From: Christensenellaceae bacterium
GTDB taxonomy: Bacteria; Bacillota; Clostridia; Christensenellales; Christensenellaceae
Direction of reading: 5' to 3'
Assembly: GCA_017523755.1 (NCBI GenBank)
Contig: JAFWWA010000028.1
Location: 608 to 64,607 of the forward strand
Length of the DNA stretch: 64,000 bases
Within the stretch, counting starts at the first letter, position 1; each line of letters opens with the position of its first letter. Positions 1 through 9,898 of the stretch are shown piece after piece. A program made the translations under genes and the position numbers. A model generated the notes under the pieces. That model made no database searches. It was given only the letters and a program-made list of their open reading frames with translations, and was not told the DNA's origin.

Positions 1-2769
1 CAGACCGACTGGAACGACGAGCCTTTTTACCAGAAGGATGAAAAAGGAGAGATATTAAGATGGCCGTTTTTCGGCGGTACGCTCAAGGGCATCGAAGAGA
101 AGCTCGATTATCTTAAGGATCTCGGAGTGACGGTCATCTATCTAAATCCGGTATTTGAAGCATCGAGCTGCCACAGATACGATACCGCCGACTATATGAG
201 GATAGACCCTGTGCTGGGAGACGACAAAAGCTTTTCCGATCTTGTCTCAGAAGCTGAAAAAAGAGGGATAGGCATCATACTTGACGGAGTATTCTCCCAT
301 ACCGGGAAAGACAGCATTTATTTCGACTATTATGGGATCTTCGGGGGAGGGGCTTTCAGCGATGAAGGGTCCCGTTTCCGCGACTGGTTCAAAAAAGATG
401 ACGAAGGCAGCTTCACTTACTGGTGGGGCGTAAAGGATCTTCCCAATCTTGACAAGGATAATGAAGACCTGAGGGCGTTCATATACGGGGATGATGACAG
501 TGTAGTAAGACACTGGATGAGGAAGGGCATAAAAGGCTTAAGGCTGGACGTTGCCGACGAGCTTCCCGATGATTTCATAGAGGGAATCAGGCGATCTATG
601 GATGAGGAAGACAAGGAAAGCGTTCTCATAGGAGAAGTGTGGGAGGACGCTTCAAACAAAGTCAGCTACGGAAAGCTGAGGAAATACTTCTCGGGATACG
701 AGCTCAACAGCGTGATGAACTATCCCGCGAGGGAGGCTTTCATAGATTTCCTGCTTAACAGATGCGACGCCGTCATGCTGAAAAGGAAGCTCATGAGCTT
801 AAAGGAGAATTATCCCAGGGAGAACCTGTATTCCCTGATGAATCTTATAGGATCCCATGACAGGGAAAGGATATTGAGCATCCTCGGGGGAGCGACGGAA
901 GACGCTCCCATGCTCGACTGGCAGGCTAAGGCAGCTGCCGTTTCAAAGCTCAGCATCATGTTCGAGCTCCAGATGATGATGCCCGGCGTCCCGTCGGTAT
1001 ACTACGGGGACGAAGCGGGAATGCAGGGCCTTAAGGATCCGTATAACAGAGGAACTTTCCCGTGGGACCATATAGATGAGGACGTATTCGCCGCTTTCAG
1101 GTCTGCTGCGGCTCTTAGGAAGGAATATGATGTTTTAAAGACAGGGGATTTCCTTTGCCATGCTCCCTTAAAAGATATATTCATCCTGGAAAGAAGGGGA
1201 GATAACGACAGGATACTGCTCGTGATAAATACAGGGGATACCGGGGACATCGATATTTCATCATTCGTCTGTGCAGGGTCAAGAGCGGTCGAGCTCCATT
1301 CGGGAAGACTGTTAAAAGAGCCCTCGCTTAAGATTGGGCATATGTGTTCCGCCGTCGTCTATATAAGGGATGATGTAAGGGTATACGATTACGGCAGTAA
1401 AAAGGGTGTTCTGTGCCATGTCACTTCACTTCCGGGCGAATACGGATGCGGGAGCTTCGGAAAAGAGAGCAGGGAGTTCGTTGACTGGATGGCAGAGAAC
1501 GGCTTTGACATATGGCAGGTCCTGCCGCTGACGTCTGTCGGAGACGGGGATTCCCCCTATTACAGCAATTCAGTGTTTGCAGGCAATGAGATGCTGATAG
1601 ATATAGATGATCTTAAAGAGAAAGGCTATATCACCGAGCGGGAGAGAAGAAAAGCTCTGTTAAAGCCGGTCGGGAACAGGATAGATTTTGCCAGGACCAG
1701 GGAGCTCAGGGAAGAGCTTTACAGGAAGGCGTATAAGCGGTTCAGACCGGACGCAGACTATGAAAAGTTCATAAGGGACAATATCAGCTGGATATATGAC
1801 CATGCCCTTTACACAGCGCTCAAACGTCATTTTGACGGACGCCCATGGCAGGAATGGCCAGGCGACGCAAGGGACAGGAAGGATCTGAAAAAGTATACGG
1901 CCATGTTTAAGGAAGAGATAGGCTATGAATACTTCCTGCAGTACGTATATGATATGCAGCTTGCTTCACTTAAGAGATACGCGAATGAAAAAGGAGTGTC
2001 TTTATTCGGAGACATACCGATATATGTAGCTCCCGACAGTGCTGATGTATGGGCCCACAGGGATGTGTTCCTTTTAGATACTGACGGGAACGCTCCCATG
2101 GTGGCGGGTGTCCCGCCGGATTATTATGAGGGGGACGGTCAGCTCTGGGGAAATCCTCTATATATCTGGGACAGTAAAGAATGCTTCCGATGGTGGAAAG
2201 AGAGACTAAAAAGAGCGTTCATGACTCTCGACTTCGTAAGGCTCGATCATTTCAGGGGATTTGAGGCATACTGGATGATCCCGAAAGGAAGCAGGAACGG
2301 AAAGACAGGAAAGTGGAAAAAGGGTCCTGGGATGAGGTTCTTTGACGAAATGCTGTCCGAATTCGGAAAGCTCCCGATAATAGCGGAAGATATGGGGCTC
2401 ATAACTCCTGCCGTTGACGCCTTAAGGAACATATACGGGTTTCTCGGTATGCGCGTGTATCAGTTCTCATGCGATTATATGTTTAATGAGGAGGACCGGG
2501 TCTCAAGGGTATTCTATACCGGTACGCATGACAATGACACCATAGAGGGCTGGCTCAGCGAGACAGGCTTTGACGGTGACAGAAAAGAAGAGAGAAAGCA
2601 TATAATGAAGAGGCTCCTTGATTCGGGAGCGGCATGGGTGATATTCCCTCTGCAGGATATACTGGGTCTTGATTCTTCTTCAAGGATGAATGTGCCTGGT
2701 ACGGTTTCCGGCAACTGGGCATATATATTTGATGAGGGATACAGGACTGCCAAGGTTCAGGAACAGTGA
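1..2769 (+). CDS. GH13 alpha-amylase-family domain fused in frame to a GH77 4-alpha-glucanotransferase (MalQ-like) domain; 5' end cut by the window edge
   Basis: Frame 1 is open from base 1 (QTDWNDEPFY...GGTLKGIEEKLDYLKDLGVTVIYLNPVF), so the start listed at 127 is internal. GH13 conserved regions I-IV are present (DGVFSH, GLRLDVADE, IGEVWED, GSHDRER). From about nt 1400 there are MalQ hallmarks (VLCHVTSLPGEYGCGSFG, VRLDHFRGF, IIAEDMG, YTGTHDND). Confidence 0.85.
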   Translation, partial: QTDWNDEPFYQKDEKGEILRWPFFGGTLKGIEEKLDYLKDLGVTVIYLNPVFEASSCHRYDTADYMRIDPVLGDDKSFSDLVSEAEKRGIGIILDGVFSHTGKDSIYFDYYGIFGGGAFSDEGSRFRDWFKKDDEGSFTYWWGVKDLPNLDKDNEDLRAFIYGDDDSVVRHWMRKGIKGLRLDVADELPDDFIEGIRRSMDEEDKESVLIGEVWEDASNKVSYGKLRKYFSGYELNSVMNYPAREAFIDFLLNRCDAVMLKRKLMSLKENYPRENLYSLMNLIGSHDRERILSILGGATEDAPMLDWQAKAAAVSKLSIMFELQMMMPGVPSVYYGDEAGMQGLKDPYNRGTFPWDHIDEDVFAAFRSAAALRKEYDVLKTGDFLCHAPLKDIFILERRGDNDRILLVINTGDTGDIDISSFVCAGSRAVELHSGRLLKEPSLKIGHMCSAVVYIRDDVRVYDYGSKKGVLCHVTSLPGEYGCGSFGKESREFVDWMAENGFDIWQVLPLTSVGDGDSPYYSNSVFAGNEMLIDIDDLKEKGYITERERRKALLKPVGNRIDFARTRELREELYRKAYKRFRPDADYEKFIRDNISWIYDHALYTALKRHFDGRPWQEWPGDARDRKDLKKYTAMFKEEIGYEYFLQYVYDMQLASLKRYANEKGVSLFGDIPIYVAPDSADVWAHRDVFLLDTDGNAPMVAGVPPDYYEGDGQLWGNPLYIWDSKECFRWWKERLKRAFMTLDFVRLDHFRGFEAYWMIPKGSRNGKTGKWKKGPGMRFFDEMLSEFGKLPIIAEDMGLITPAVDALRNIYGFLGMRVYQFSCDYMFNEEDRVSRVFYTGTHDNDTIEGWLSETGFDGDRKEERKHIMKRLLDSGAAWVIFPLQDILGLDSSSRMNVPGTVSGNWAYIFDEGYRTAKVQEQ

Positions 2770-2780
2770 TGAGGATATGA

Positions 2781-2816
2781 AAAAAGAGCTTGCCAGCAAG
2801 CTCTTTTCTGTTTTTT
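2781..2816. terminator. Bidirectional intrinsic terminator between the GH13/GH77 gene and rny
   Basis: Perfect 11-bp stem AAAAGAGCTTG / CAAGCTCTTTT with loop CCAG. It is flanked by an A-run on the left and a T-run on the right, between two convergent genes. Confidence 0.8.
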
Positions 2817-2824
2817 ATTCTTGA

Positions 2825-4366
2825 TCATTTTGCATAATCTACAGACCGTGTTTCTCTTATGACATTGACTTTGATCTGACCCGGGTAATCAAGCTCGGTC
2901 TCGATCTTCTTGCAGATGTCACGTGCCAAGAGCGACATTCCGGCATCATCTATGTTTTCAGGTTTGACGATTATCCTTACTTCCCTGCCTGCCTGAATAG
3001 CATACGATTTATCGACTCCGGTGAATGAATTGGCAATTTCTTCCAGTGATTCAAGACGTTTGATATAGTTTTCGAGAGATTCTTTTCTTGCACCCGGTCT
3101 TGCTGCTGAGATAGCATCAGCTGCCTGGACAAGGACAGCCTCGACCGTTTTTGCTTCAACATCGCCGTGGTGCGCAGCGATGCAGTTGATCACGTTTGCG
3201 TTTTCCCTGTATTTCTTTGCGACATCGGCGCCAAGCTGTACGTGAGGACCTTCGACCTCATGATCTATCGCCTTGCCAATATCGTGCAGGAGCCCGCCTC
3301 TTTTTGCAAGTCTGACGTCAGCTCCTATCTCGGAAGCCATCATGCCCGCAAGATGTGATACCTCAAGGGAATGATTGAGCACGTTCTGCCCGTAGCTGGT
3401 GCGGTAACGCAGACGGCCAAGGAGCTTTATGAGCTCGGGATGGAGATTATGTATCTCACATTCGAATGCTGCGGCTTCTCCGGCTTCTCTTATTTGATTG
3501 TCGACTTCCTTCTGCGCTTTGCCGACCATTTCTTCGATCCCGGCAGGATGTATCCTGCCGTCAATGATCAGTTTTTCAAGCGCGATCCTGGCAACCTCAC
3601 GGCGTACCGGATCGAACCCGGAAAGGATCACGGCTTCGGGAGTATCATCTATGATCAGGTCTATCCCAGTTGCGGTCTCGAGCGCTCGGATGTTTCTTCC
3701 TTCGCGGCCGATTATTCGACCTTTCATTTCATCGTTCGGCAGAGCTACTACCGATACCGTCGCCTCTGCGACCGTATCCGCAGCACATCTCTGAATAGCA
3801 AGTACAAGGATCTCCCTTGCTTTCTTTTCAGCTTCCAGTTTTGCCTTGTTCTCTATATCCCTCAGCATCACAGCCATATCGTGGCGTGCTTCCTGCTCTA
3901 CTTTTTCAAGCAGCAGCTGCTTTGCCTCGTCGGTGGTGAGCTTGGATATCTGTTCAAGCTGCTCAAGCTGTTTTGCGACCAGCGCGTCAGCTTCTTCCTT
4001 TTGTCTGGTCACTTCCTTGATGCGTTTATTCAGGTTTGCATCCTTCTGTTCCAGACTGTCCGTCTTTCTGTCTAAGACTTCCTCTCTCTGTGAAAGCCTT
4101 CTCTCTGTTTTTGATACCTCGTTACGTCTTTCTCTGATTTCCTTGTCAAATTCTGTACGGAGCTTCTGGATATCTTCCTTGGCGTTCAGGATATTTTCCT
4201 TCTTGATCGATTCCGCTTTCTTTTTTGCATCTTCGATAAGAGAATTTACCATATCCTCAGCACGGCCTACCTTTTTTTCGGCTTCGTTCTTCCTGTAGAG
4301 ATATCCTATAGCGATACCTGCTATGAGAGCTACGATGCCTACCAAGATAGGAACTAAGTACTCCAT
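2825..4366 (-). CDS. rny: Ribonuclease Y
   Basis: N-terminal TM helix ([20 protein letters not shown]), long K/E-rich coiled coil, KH motif ([15 protein letters not shown]) and HD domain (LLHDIGK). Length of 513 aa is typical. Confidence 0.95.
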   Translation of the reverse strand: MEYLVPILVGIVALIAGIAIGYLYRKNEAEKKVGRAEDMVNSLIEDAKKKAESIKKENILNAKEDIQKLRTEFDKEIRERRNEVSKTERRLSQREEVLDRKTDSLEQKDANLNKRIKEVTRQKEEADALVAKQLEQLEQISKLTTDEAKQLLLEKVEQEARHDMAVMLRDIENKAKLEAEKKAREILVLAIQRCAADTVAEATVSVVALPNDEMKGRIIGREGRNIRALETATGIDLIIDDTPEAVILSGFDPVRREVARIALEKLIIDGRIHPAGIEEMVGKAQKEVDNQIREAGEAAAFECEIHNLHPELIKLLGRLRYRTSYGQNVLNHSLEVSHLAGMMASEIGADVRLAKRGGLLHDIGKAIDHEVEGPHVQLGADVAKKYRENANVINCIAAHHGDVEAKTVEAVLVQAADAISAARPGARKESLENYIKRLESLEEIANSFTGVDKSYAIQAGREVRIIVKPENIDDAGMSLLARDICKKIETELDYPGQIKVNVIRETRSVDYAK

Positions 4367-4597
4367 AAGCTAATTGATTGGTCCCCCTTTTCCTAGACTC
4401 TATATTCATTTTTCACATAATTTATACATAAAAATATACAAATCATCTCCTTATATCATATCTTTATATATGCGTCTTGTCAAGAACAGCGGTCTTTTGT
4501 ATGACTATTGAACTGCATACGCAAGGATCCTGCATCAGAATAAAAATCAGACTTACAGCCCGATTTTCAGCTTTTTTAGTTACGGCCTGCCGCCTGT

Positions 4598-5863
4598 TTA
4601 AAGAACGCATGAGAGGAAATCAAGGAGAGCTTCATAATCCCGGACATCAGCAAGCTCCCTCGAGGAATGCATAGATAGCATCGGGATCCCGATGTCGCAC
4701 GCCAGCACCGGAAGATAGGATGACGCTATGGGACCTAACGTCTGTCCGCCCGGAGCTCCGGATCTGTTGGCCTGCTGCTGTACCCTTATGCCGTTTTTCC
4801 TGCAGATCTCCTTTACTACGGAGGATGCTTTTGAATCCGTCACATATCTCTGCGGCGCGGAGGTCTTAAGTACGAAGCCCTTTCCCAAATATGCCTGGCC
4901 CGTAAGGTCCGACTTGTCGGGATAGGAAGGATGGAGCGCGTGCGCCCCGTCGACCGAGAACAGCATGCTTGCGTAAAGAGACCGCAGGTATGCGTCGTCA
5001 TCATCCGGGAAAGCCTTTTTGTATACATAATGAAGCAGCGTTTTTAAAAGCTCGCTGTCAGCGCCCTGCTTGCTTCTGCTGCCTATCTCCTCATTGTCGA
5101 AAAACGCCGCCGCGTCTATCATGGCATCACCCGCACTGCCCCTGATCAGCGCCTCGGTCAAAGCCGCGCATGACGCTATATTGTCTATCCTTGGAGCCGA
5201 TATCATGGGGCTTCCTTCGCCTATCATCTCCGGCCTGTCACAGTTGTACAGATAAAGATCATAGTCGATTATGTCTGAAGCACTTAGAGCCTCTCTTTTA
5301 AGGCCTCTTAAGATAAGATCCCTTATGAAATCGCTGCCTTCCTCATATGTGCCTGCTACAGGAAGGAGGTGCGTCTGTGGATCGAGAGGTTTCGTCTCGA
5401 TCTCCCTGTCAAGATGCGGGGCAAGCCCCGGGATTATGACTGCCGGGCCGTCTGAGGAATAAAGCGCCTCTTCGGGCGAAAACGGGTCATCGGTCCTTAA
5501 GACCACTTTTCCCGCTATACCGAGCGGCCTGTCGAGCCAGGTGCGTTTTACCGATCCACCGTATGGCTCGGTGTTTATGAGAAGATATCCGTTTCTTTTT
5601 ATCACGGGATCAGGCTTGATCTTGAAGGAGGGACTGTCTGTATGCGCCGTGGCGATATGGAACTTCTCCTTCCCGTTCCTGTTGATCTTAAACGCGATTA
5701 TGCAGGAAGGATAGGGCATCATAAAAAAGCCGGGACATTCGGGAAGCCCGGACGGGTCTCCCGGCCTTATCTCTAAAAAACCCCCGCCTTCAAGTCTTTC
5801 CTTTACAAGAGCCGCAGCATGGAACGGGCTCACTGATCTTTCAAGATATTCTTCAAGTCTCAT
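4598..5863 (-). CDS. M18-family aminopeptidase (aspartyl aminopeptidase-like)
   Basis: 421 aa. Family-like segments include HTDSPSFKIKP, PHLDRE, FFDNEEIGS and LSMHSSRE. Confidence 0.75.
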   Translation of the reverse strand: MRLEEYLERSVSPFHAAALVKERLEGGGFLEIRPGDPSGLPECPGFFMMPYPSCIIAFKINRNGKEKFHIATAHTDSPSFKIKPDPVIKRNGYLLINTEPYGGSVKRTWLDRPLGIAGKVVLRTDDPFSPEEALYSSDGPAVIIPGLAPHLDREIETKPLDPQTHLLPVAGTYEEGSDFIRDLILRGLKREALSASDIIDYDLYLYNCDRPEMIGEGSPMISAPRIDNIASCAALTEALIRGSAGDAMIDAAAFFDNEEIGSRSKQGADSELLKTLLHYVYKKAFPDDDDAYLRSLYASMLFSVDGAHALHPSYPDKSDLTGQAYLGKGFVLKTSAPQRYVTDSKASSVVKEICRKNGIRVQQQANRSGAPGGQTLGPIASSYLPVLACDIGIPMLSMHSSRELADVRDYEALLDFLSCVL

Positions 5864-5892
5864 CTTTTCACCATACCGTATTCTTTATATTT

Positions 5893-7173
5893 TCAGTCTG
5901 ATCTGCCGCCGCCTGTGACATGCTCCGCTGCGCTTCTGCCCGCAAGACAGCCTGTCGAAAATGCTATCTGCAGATTGAAGCCTCCGGTATAGGCGTCGAC
6001 GTCTATCATCTCGCCTGCGAGATACAGTCCCTCGGCACATCTGCTTCCCATCGTTTTGGGATCGATCTCCTTTACGGGTATCCCGCCTCTTGTTATTACT
6101 GCCTCGTCGATCGGCCTCGTTCCCGAGACTCTGAAACCGATGTGCTTTATAACTTTTATGAGAGCTTTTCTTTCCTCTTTGTTCACCGAATTGACAGCCT
6201 TATCTGAAGACACGGACGCTCTTCTTATGACGGGATCTATCATCTGACGCGGAAGGAGCTTCTGGAGCACTGTTTTTAAAGGCAGGTTCTTTGAAGCATC
6301 GAAATCCCTTAAGAGACGGGCTTCAAGCTGTTCCTCCGTAAGCCCCGGCTTCATGTCTATCACCAGCTCCGTCGCTTTAAAGCTTCTGTCATTTATATGG
6401 GCGCTTGCTGAAAGCACCAGAGCGCCGCCGAAGCCGTACGGGAGGAATTCCATCTCCCCCAGCTCGCTGAACTTTTTTATGCCGTCTTCAAAAAGGGAAA
6501 GAGTGACGTTCTTTAAAGTAAGTCCTCTTAATCTCTTGATCTCAGGTATGTCGTCGGATGTAAGCGGGATAAGCGAAGGATATACAGCTGTCGGATGATG
6601 TCCTGCGGCTGCTGCAAAAACATGGCCTTCGCCGCTGCTGCCTGTTGAAGGATATGAAAAGCCTCCCGTGGCAAATATCAAAGCGTCTGATCTCAGCACG
6701 CCCCTGTCTGTTCTGATGCCCGCAGCCCTTCCGTTTTCTATCAGTATGTCCTTTACGTATGTCTTAAGCGCGACCTTTACATGCGCCCTGCCTAAGAGGA
6801 CGGAAAGCGCCTTTATGATATCGCTCGACTTATCGCTTTTCGGGAAGACCCTCTGCCCGCGCTCGGTCTTAAGCTCGGTCCCTGTGCTTTTTATCAGTTC
6901 CATGAGATCCTCATTTGAAAAAGCGTTAAAAGCGCTTATGAGGAAGCTGGGATTTGTGGGTATATTTGAAAAAAACTCTTCCATATCAGCGGCATTGGTC
7001 AGATTACAGCGGCCCTTGCCTGTAAGATAGAGTTTTTTCCCGAGCTTTTCGTTTTTCTCCACGAGGATCACATCCGTGTCCCCGCCTGATGAAGAAGCGG
7101 CGGAATATGCCGCAAGCATGCCTGCAGCCCCTCCGCCGACTACTATTATCGTTTTCCTATTCTGTTCTCTCAT
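5893..7173 (-). CDS. BaiN/HI0933-like NAD(P)/FAD-dependent flavoprotein
   Basis: Dinucleotide-binding motif IIVVGGGAAGMLAA plus LTGKGRCNLTN, typical of the HI0933/BaiN family. The ORF-track start at 7215 is a TTG. I prefer the first ATG at 7173 (MREQNRKTIIVVGGG), which still overlaps the rpiR-like stop by 17 nt. Confidence 0.8.
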   Translation of the reverse strand: MREQNRKTIIVVGGGAAGMLAAYSAASSSGGDTDVILVEKNEKLGKKLYLTGKGRCNLTNAADMEEFFSNIPTNPSFLISAFNAFSNEDLMELIKSTGTELKTERGQRVFPKSDKSSDIIKALSVLLGRAHVKVALKTYVKDILIENGRAAGIRTDRGVLRSDALIFATGGFSYPSTGSSGEGHVFAAAAGHHPTAVYPSLIPLTSDDIPEIKRLRGLTLKNVTLSLFEDGIKKFSELGEMEFLPYGFGGALVLSASAHINDRSFKATELVIDMKPGLTEEQLEARLLRDFDASKNLPLKTVLQKLLPRQMIDPVIRRASVSSDKAVNSVNKEERKALIKVIKHIGFRVSGTRPIDEAVITRGGIPVKEIDPKTMGSRCAEGLYLAGEMIDVDAYTGGFNLQIAFSTGCLAGRSAAEHVTGGGRSD

Positions 7174-8026
7174 CTTTCGAACCGTAAATGTTGTTGTCCT
7201 GCCAGAGATCCTCAAGCGTATGGAAGTTGTCCGTCAGAGTCTGCTTCTTAGCCGATCCGATTAAGGTAAGGAGCGCGTTTATAAGAGAGAGCGGAGCGAC
7301 ATATGAATCGACGAATGAGTTGATGTCGTTTTTGGTAAGGAGACATATGTCAGCCAGCTCATAGAGCGGAGACAGATCATTGTCGGTCATGGTGATTATC
7401 TTGGCGCCCTTCGAACGGGCGAACCTGATGCCCTTCACCGTCTGGCTGGAATATCTCGGATATGCGATGCCTATCACCACGTCGTCATTGCCTACGTGAA
7501 GCAGCTGGGTGAAGACGTCGGAGCTCTCTGTCGAGACGAGACTGATGTTGTCGAGGATGTATCTCAGATAGAATGAGAAGAACTGCGCCAGAGGAGCACA
7601 GCTCCTGAAGCCGACTATATAAATGTGCCGCGCCGAGATGATGCTCTCTGCGACCTGCTTGACCTTATCGGTCTCAAGGGATGACCTTGTCGTATTCAGG
7701 TTGGAAATATCTGATTTAAGAACGCTGTCAATTATCCTGTCGGGCTCTATACCGTCCATGATATTCAGCCTCTGTACCGATGTGAGGCGGTTCTTTATTA
7801 TCTCCTGAAGATGCTTCTGGAGTTTCGGATACCCCTTGTAGCCAAGCGCATATGTGAACCTGACAACGGTGGATTCACTTACTCCGACAGTGCGTCCGAG
7901 AGCGCCTGCGGTCATGAAGGCAGCTTTGTCGTAGTTCTCGATGATATAATTCGAAAGGCGTTTCTGTCCCTTGCTGAGATTCGGATAGCATTCCTTTATA
8001 TGATTTAGAAGATCTGTTTTTTCCAT
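7157..8026 (-). CDS. MurR/RpiR-family transcriptional regulator (HTH + SIS domain)
   Basis: N-terminal HTH_6-like region (LSKGQKRLSNYIIENYDKAAFMTAGALGRTVGVSESTVVRF) followed by a SIS-like sugar-phosphate-binding domain. 289 aa. Confidence 0.8.
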   Translation of the reverse strand: MEKTDLLNHIKECYPNLSKGQKRLSNYIIENYDKAAFMTAGALGRTVGVSESTVVRFTYALGYKGYPKLQKHLQEIIKNRLTSVQRLNIMDGIEPDRIIDSVLKSDISNLNTTRSSLETDKVKQVAESIISARHIYIVGFRSCAPLAQFFSFYLRYILDNISLVSTESSDVFTQLLHVGNDDVVIGIAYPRYSSQTVKGIRFARSKGAKIITMTDNDLSPLYELADICLLTKNDINSFVDSYVAPLSLINALLTLIGSAKKQTLTDNFHTLEDLWQDNNIYGSKDERTE

Positions 8027-8123
8027 TCTTCATACGCTTCCCCGGTCAGTGAGGGAAAGCTGCCCCCTTATATAAATATTGAAGCCTCGGTAAAATGTCG
8101 GAACTTGGGCTTTATTATACCGC

Positions 8124-8168
8124 AAAAAAAAGAAAAATGCAATTTATACTGCATCAGCTTTGCATTTT
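8124..8168 (-). terminator. Putative intrinsic terminator downstream of surE
   Basis: On the minus strand, AAATGCAA...TTGCATTT arms are followed by TTCTTTTTTTT. The loop is large (about 17 nt), so confidence is moderate. Confidence 0.45.
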
Positions 8169-8229
8169 CACGTTTCCGGCATGCTGCGGACCGGCATCGG
8201 CCATTTATAAGTAAAATAAAAAACGACGT

Positions 8230-8985
8230 TCACAGGACAAGATCCGAGATATGGGCCTCAGGCACGCTGACGTCTCTGGCGATCTTAAGCACGGATAATG
8301 AAATATATCCTTCCTTAACTGCAAGAAGATCCGTTCCTTCGGCATATACGGGCTTCTTGATCCTTCCCGAAACGGTGTAGACGGTCTCTTTGCAGTCTGG
8401 ATCCCCCTCACCGGCGAAAGACAGATAGTCCTTGATATCGGTCTCCGCAGCCCTTGCGGTCCTGATCCCTCTCGGAGGAAGCTCCGAGGGGAAATTGATG
8501 TTTATAAAGCTTTGCTCCGGAATGGGCATGGAGCAGAGATTATCAAGATTCCTTTTCATGAAATCGGCAGAGTACAGAAAACTCTCTTTCATGTGGTCGG
8601 ACGTCCTTAATGACACGGCGATGCTCCTGTAACCGTAGAGGGCGGCCTCGAGAGCCGCACCGACAGTGCCCGAGTACAGTATGTCAGGACCGGCATTCCT
8701 TCCTGCGTTTATCCCCGAGATGACTGCGTCCGCCCCAGGAAACAGCTTCTGTACACCTATCGTCGCGCAGTTCACAGGGGTCCCTGCTACCTTATATGCA
8801 GTGACGCCGCTTATACCAAGGTCTGCTTTTTTTACGGTTATCCTGTGATACATGGAAGACGCAAAACCGCTGCACTGCTTGTCCGGAGCCGCTATTACCA
8901 CCCTGTGCCCGTCCTTTAAAGCCTCCGCAAGCTTTATGATCCCTTCCGCATATATACCGTCATCATTAACAAGAAGTATGTTCAT
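8230..8985 (-). CDS. surE: 5'/3'-nucleotidase SurE
   Basis: MNILLVNDDGIYAEGI N-terminus (NDDG motif) and 251 aa length are characteristic of SurE. Confidence 0.9.
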   Translation of the reverse strand: MNILLVNDDGIYAEGIIKLAEALKDGHRVVIAAPDKQCSGFASSMYHRITVKKADLGISGVTAYKVAGTPVNCATIGVQKLFPGADAVISGINAGRNAGPDILYSGTVGAALEAALYGYRSIAVSLRTSDHMKESFLYSADFMKRNLDNLCSMPIPEQSFININFPSELPPRGIRTARAAETDIKDYLSFAGEGDPDCKETVYTVSGRIKKPVYAEGTDLLAVKEGYISLSVLKIARDVSVPEAHISDLVL

Positions 8986-9002
8986 TTTTCTCCCGCCGTA
9001 TC

Positions 9003-9710
9003 TCAGAACGATTTCAGATATCTTATTTCTTCCGGGGAAAGATGCCTGTATTTTCCGCTTTTAAGATCCCCGAGGCTGATCTTTCCTATGCTTATCCGCT
9101 TGAGGAATACCACATCCCTGCCTATGGCCTCGAACATTTTTCTTATCTGCCTGTTCCTGCCTTCGTGGATCGAGACCGTAAGCTCGGTCCCGGAAGGGAT
9201 TTCGGAAGTGACCCTTACTTCCGCCGGCGCTGTTTTCCTGCCGTCTATCACGACACCGTGCCTGAGCCTGTTTAGATCTTCATCTGTCAGTCTGCCGCTG
9301 CATTTGACGAAGTAGCGTTTTTTCACTTCGTGGGAAGGGTGCGTGAGCCTGTACGCCAGGTCGCCGTCATCCGTCAGGATAAGCAGTCCTTCGGAGTTGA
9401 AGTCGAGACGCCCTACGGGATATATCCTTTTTTCGGTATCTATATAGTCGAGGACCGTCTTCCTGCCCTTATCATCGCTCGACGTGGAAACGCAGCCGAG
9501 AGGTTTGTTGAACATTATGTAGACATGTGTGTCTGAAGGCGGAGCAACAGGCCTGCCGTCAAAAAGCACGCTGTCATTGCCGGGATCGACGTCATGGCCG
9601 AGGTCGTCTATGACAGCCCCGTTGACGCTTATCCTTCCCTCCCTTATATATTCCTCGCATTTTCTCCTTGATGCGATGCCCGCATGGGCAAGATATTTGG
9701 AAATCCTCAT
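9003..9710 (-). CDS. Pseudouridine synthase, RsuA/RluB family (S4 domain + catalytic domain)
   Basis: S4 RNA-binding N-terminus (MRISKYLAHAGIASRRKCEEYIREGRISVNG) and catalytic Asp motif (PVGRLDFNSEGLLILTDDG). Confidence 0.9.
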   Translation of the reverse strand: MRISKYLAHAGIASRRKCEEYIREGRISVNGAVIDDLGHDVDPGNDSVLFDGRPVAPPSDTHVYIMFNKPLGCVSTSSDDKGRKTVLDYIDTEKRIYPVGRLDFNSEGLLILTDDGDLAYRLTHPSHEVKKRYFVKCSGRLTDEDLNRLRHGVVIDGRKTAPAEVRVTSEIPSGTELTVSIHEGRNRQIRKMFEAIGRDVVFLKRISIGKISLGDLKSGKYRHLSPEEIRYLKSF

Positions 9711-9777
9711 CGTTGACGTTCCTTACCAGTTATCTCTGATATATTTTAATATCCGCGGGAACATAAAAGCAATATTC

Positions 9778-9801
9778 GTGAAGAACCGTGTGAAGAACCG
9801 T
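9778..9801. repeat. Perfect tandem 12-mer (GTGAAGAACCGT x2, then GTGAG) in the divergent rluB-like/esterase intergenic region
   Basis: Read directly: gtgaagaaccgt gtgaagaaccgt gag. It lies about 15 bp upstream of the predicted -35 of the esterase promoter. Confidence 0.9.
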
Positions 9802-9815
9802 GAGCTATAAAGAAA

Positions 9816-9844
9816 TTTACTAATATAATACGGGATGATATAAT
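9816..9844 (+). promoter_or_regulatory. Putative sigma-A promoter for the carboxylesterase gene
   Basis: TTTACT, a 17-nt spacer, then TATAAT with an extended -10 (TGaTATAAT). It sits about 55 nt upstream of the AAGGAGA RBS and the ATG at 9899. Confidence 0.4.
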
Positions 9845-9898
9845 GAAAGCACGGGAAAATAAAACAAAATACAAGAAGAATACAAGGAGAACCGTACC

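Noticed and set aside
3371-4075. 234-aa plus-strand ORF (and 3498-3794, 3846-4298) antisense to rny
   Set aside because: It lies entirely inside the well-supported rny gene. The translation is low-complexity (S/F/L/C-rich) with no motifs. This is a typical shadow ORF opposite a K/E-rich coiled-coil coding region.
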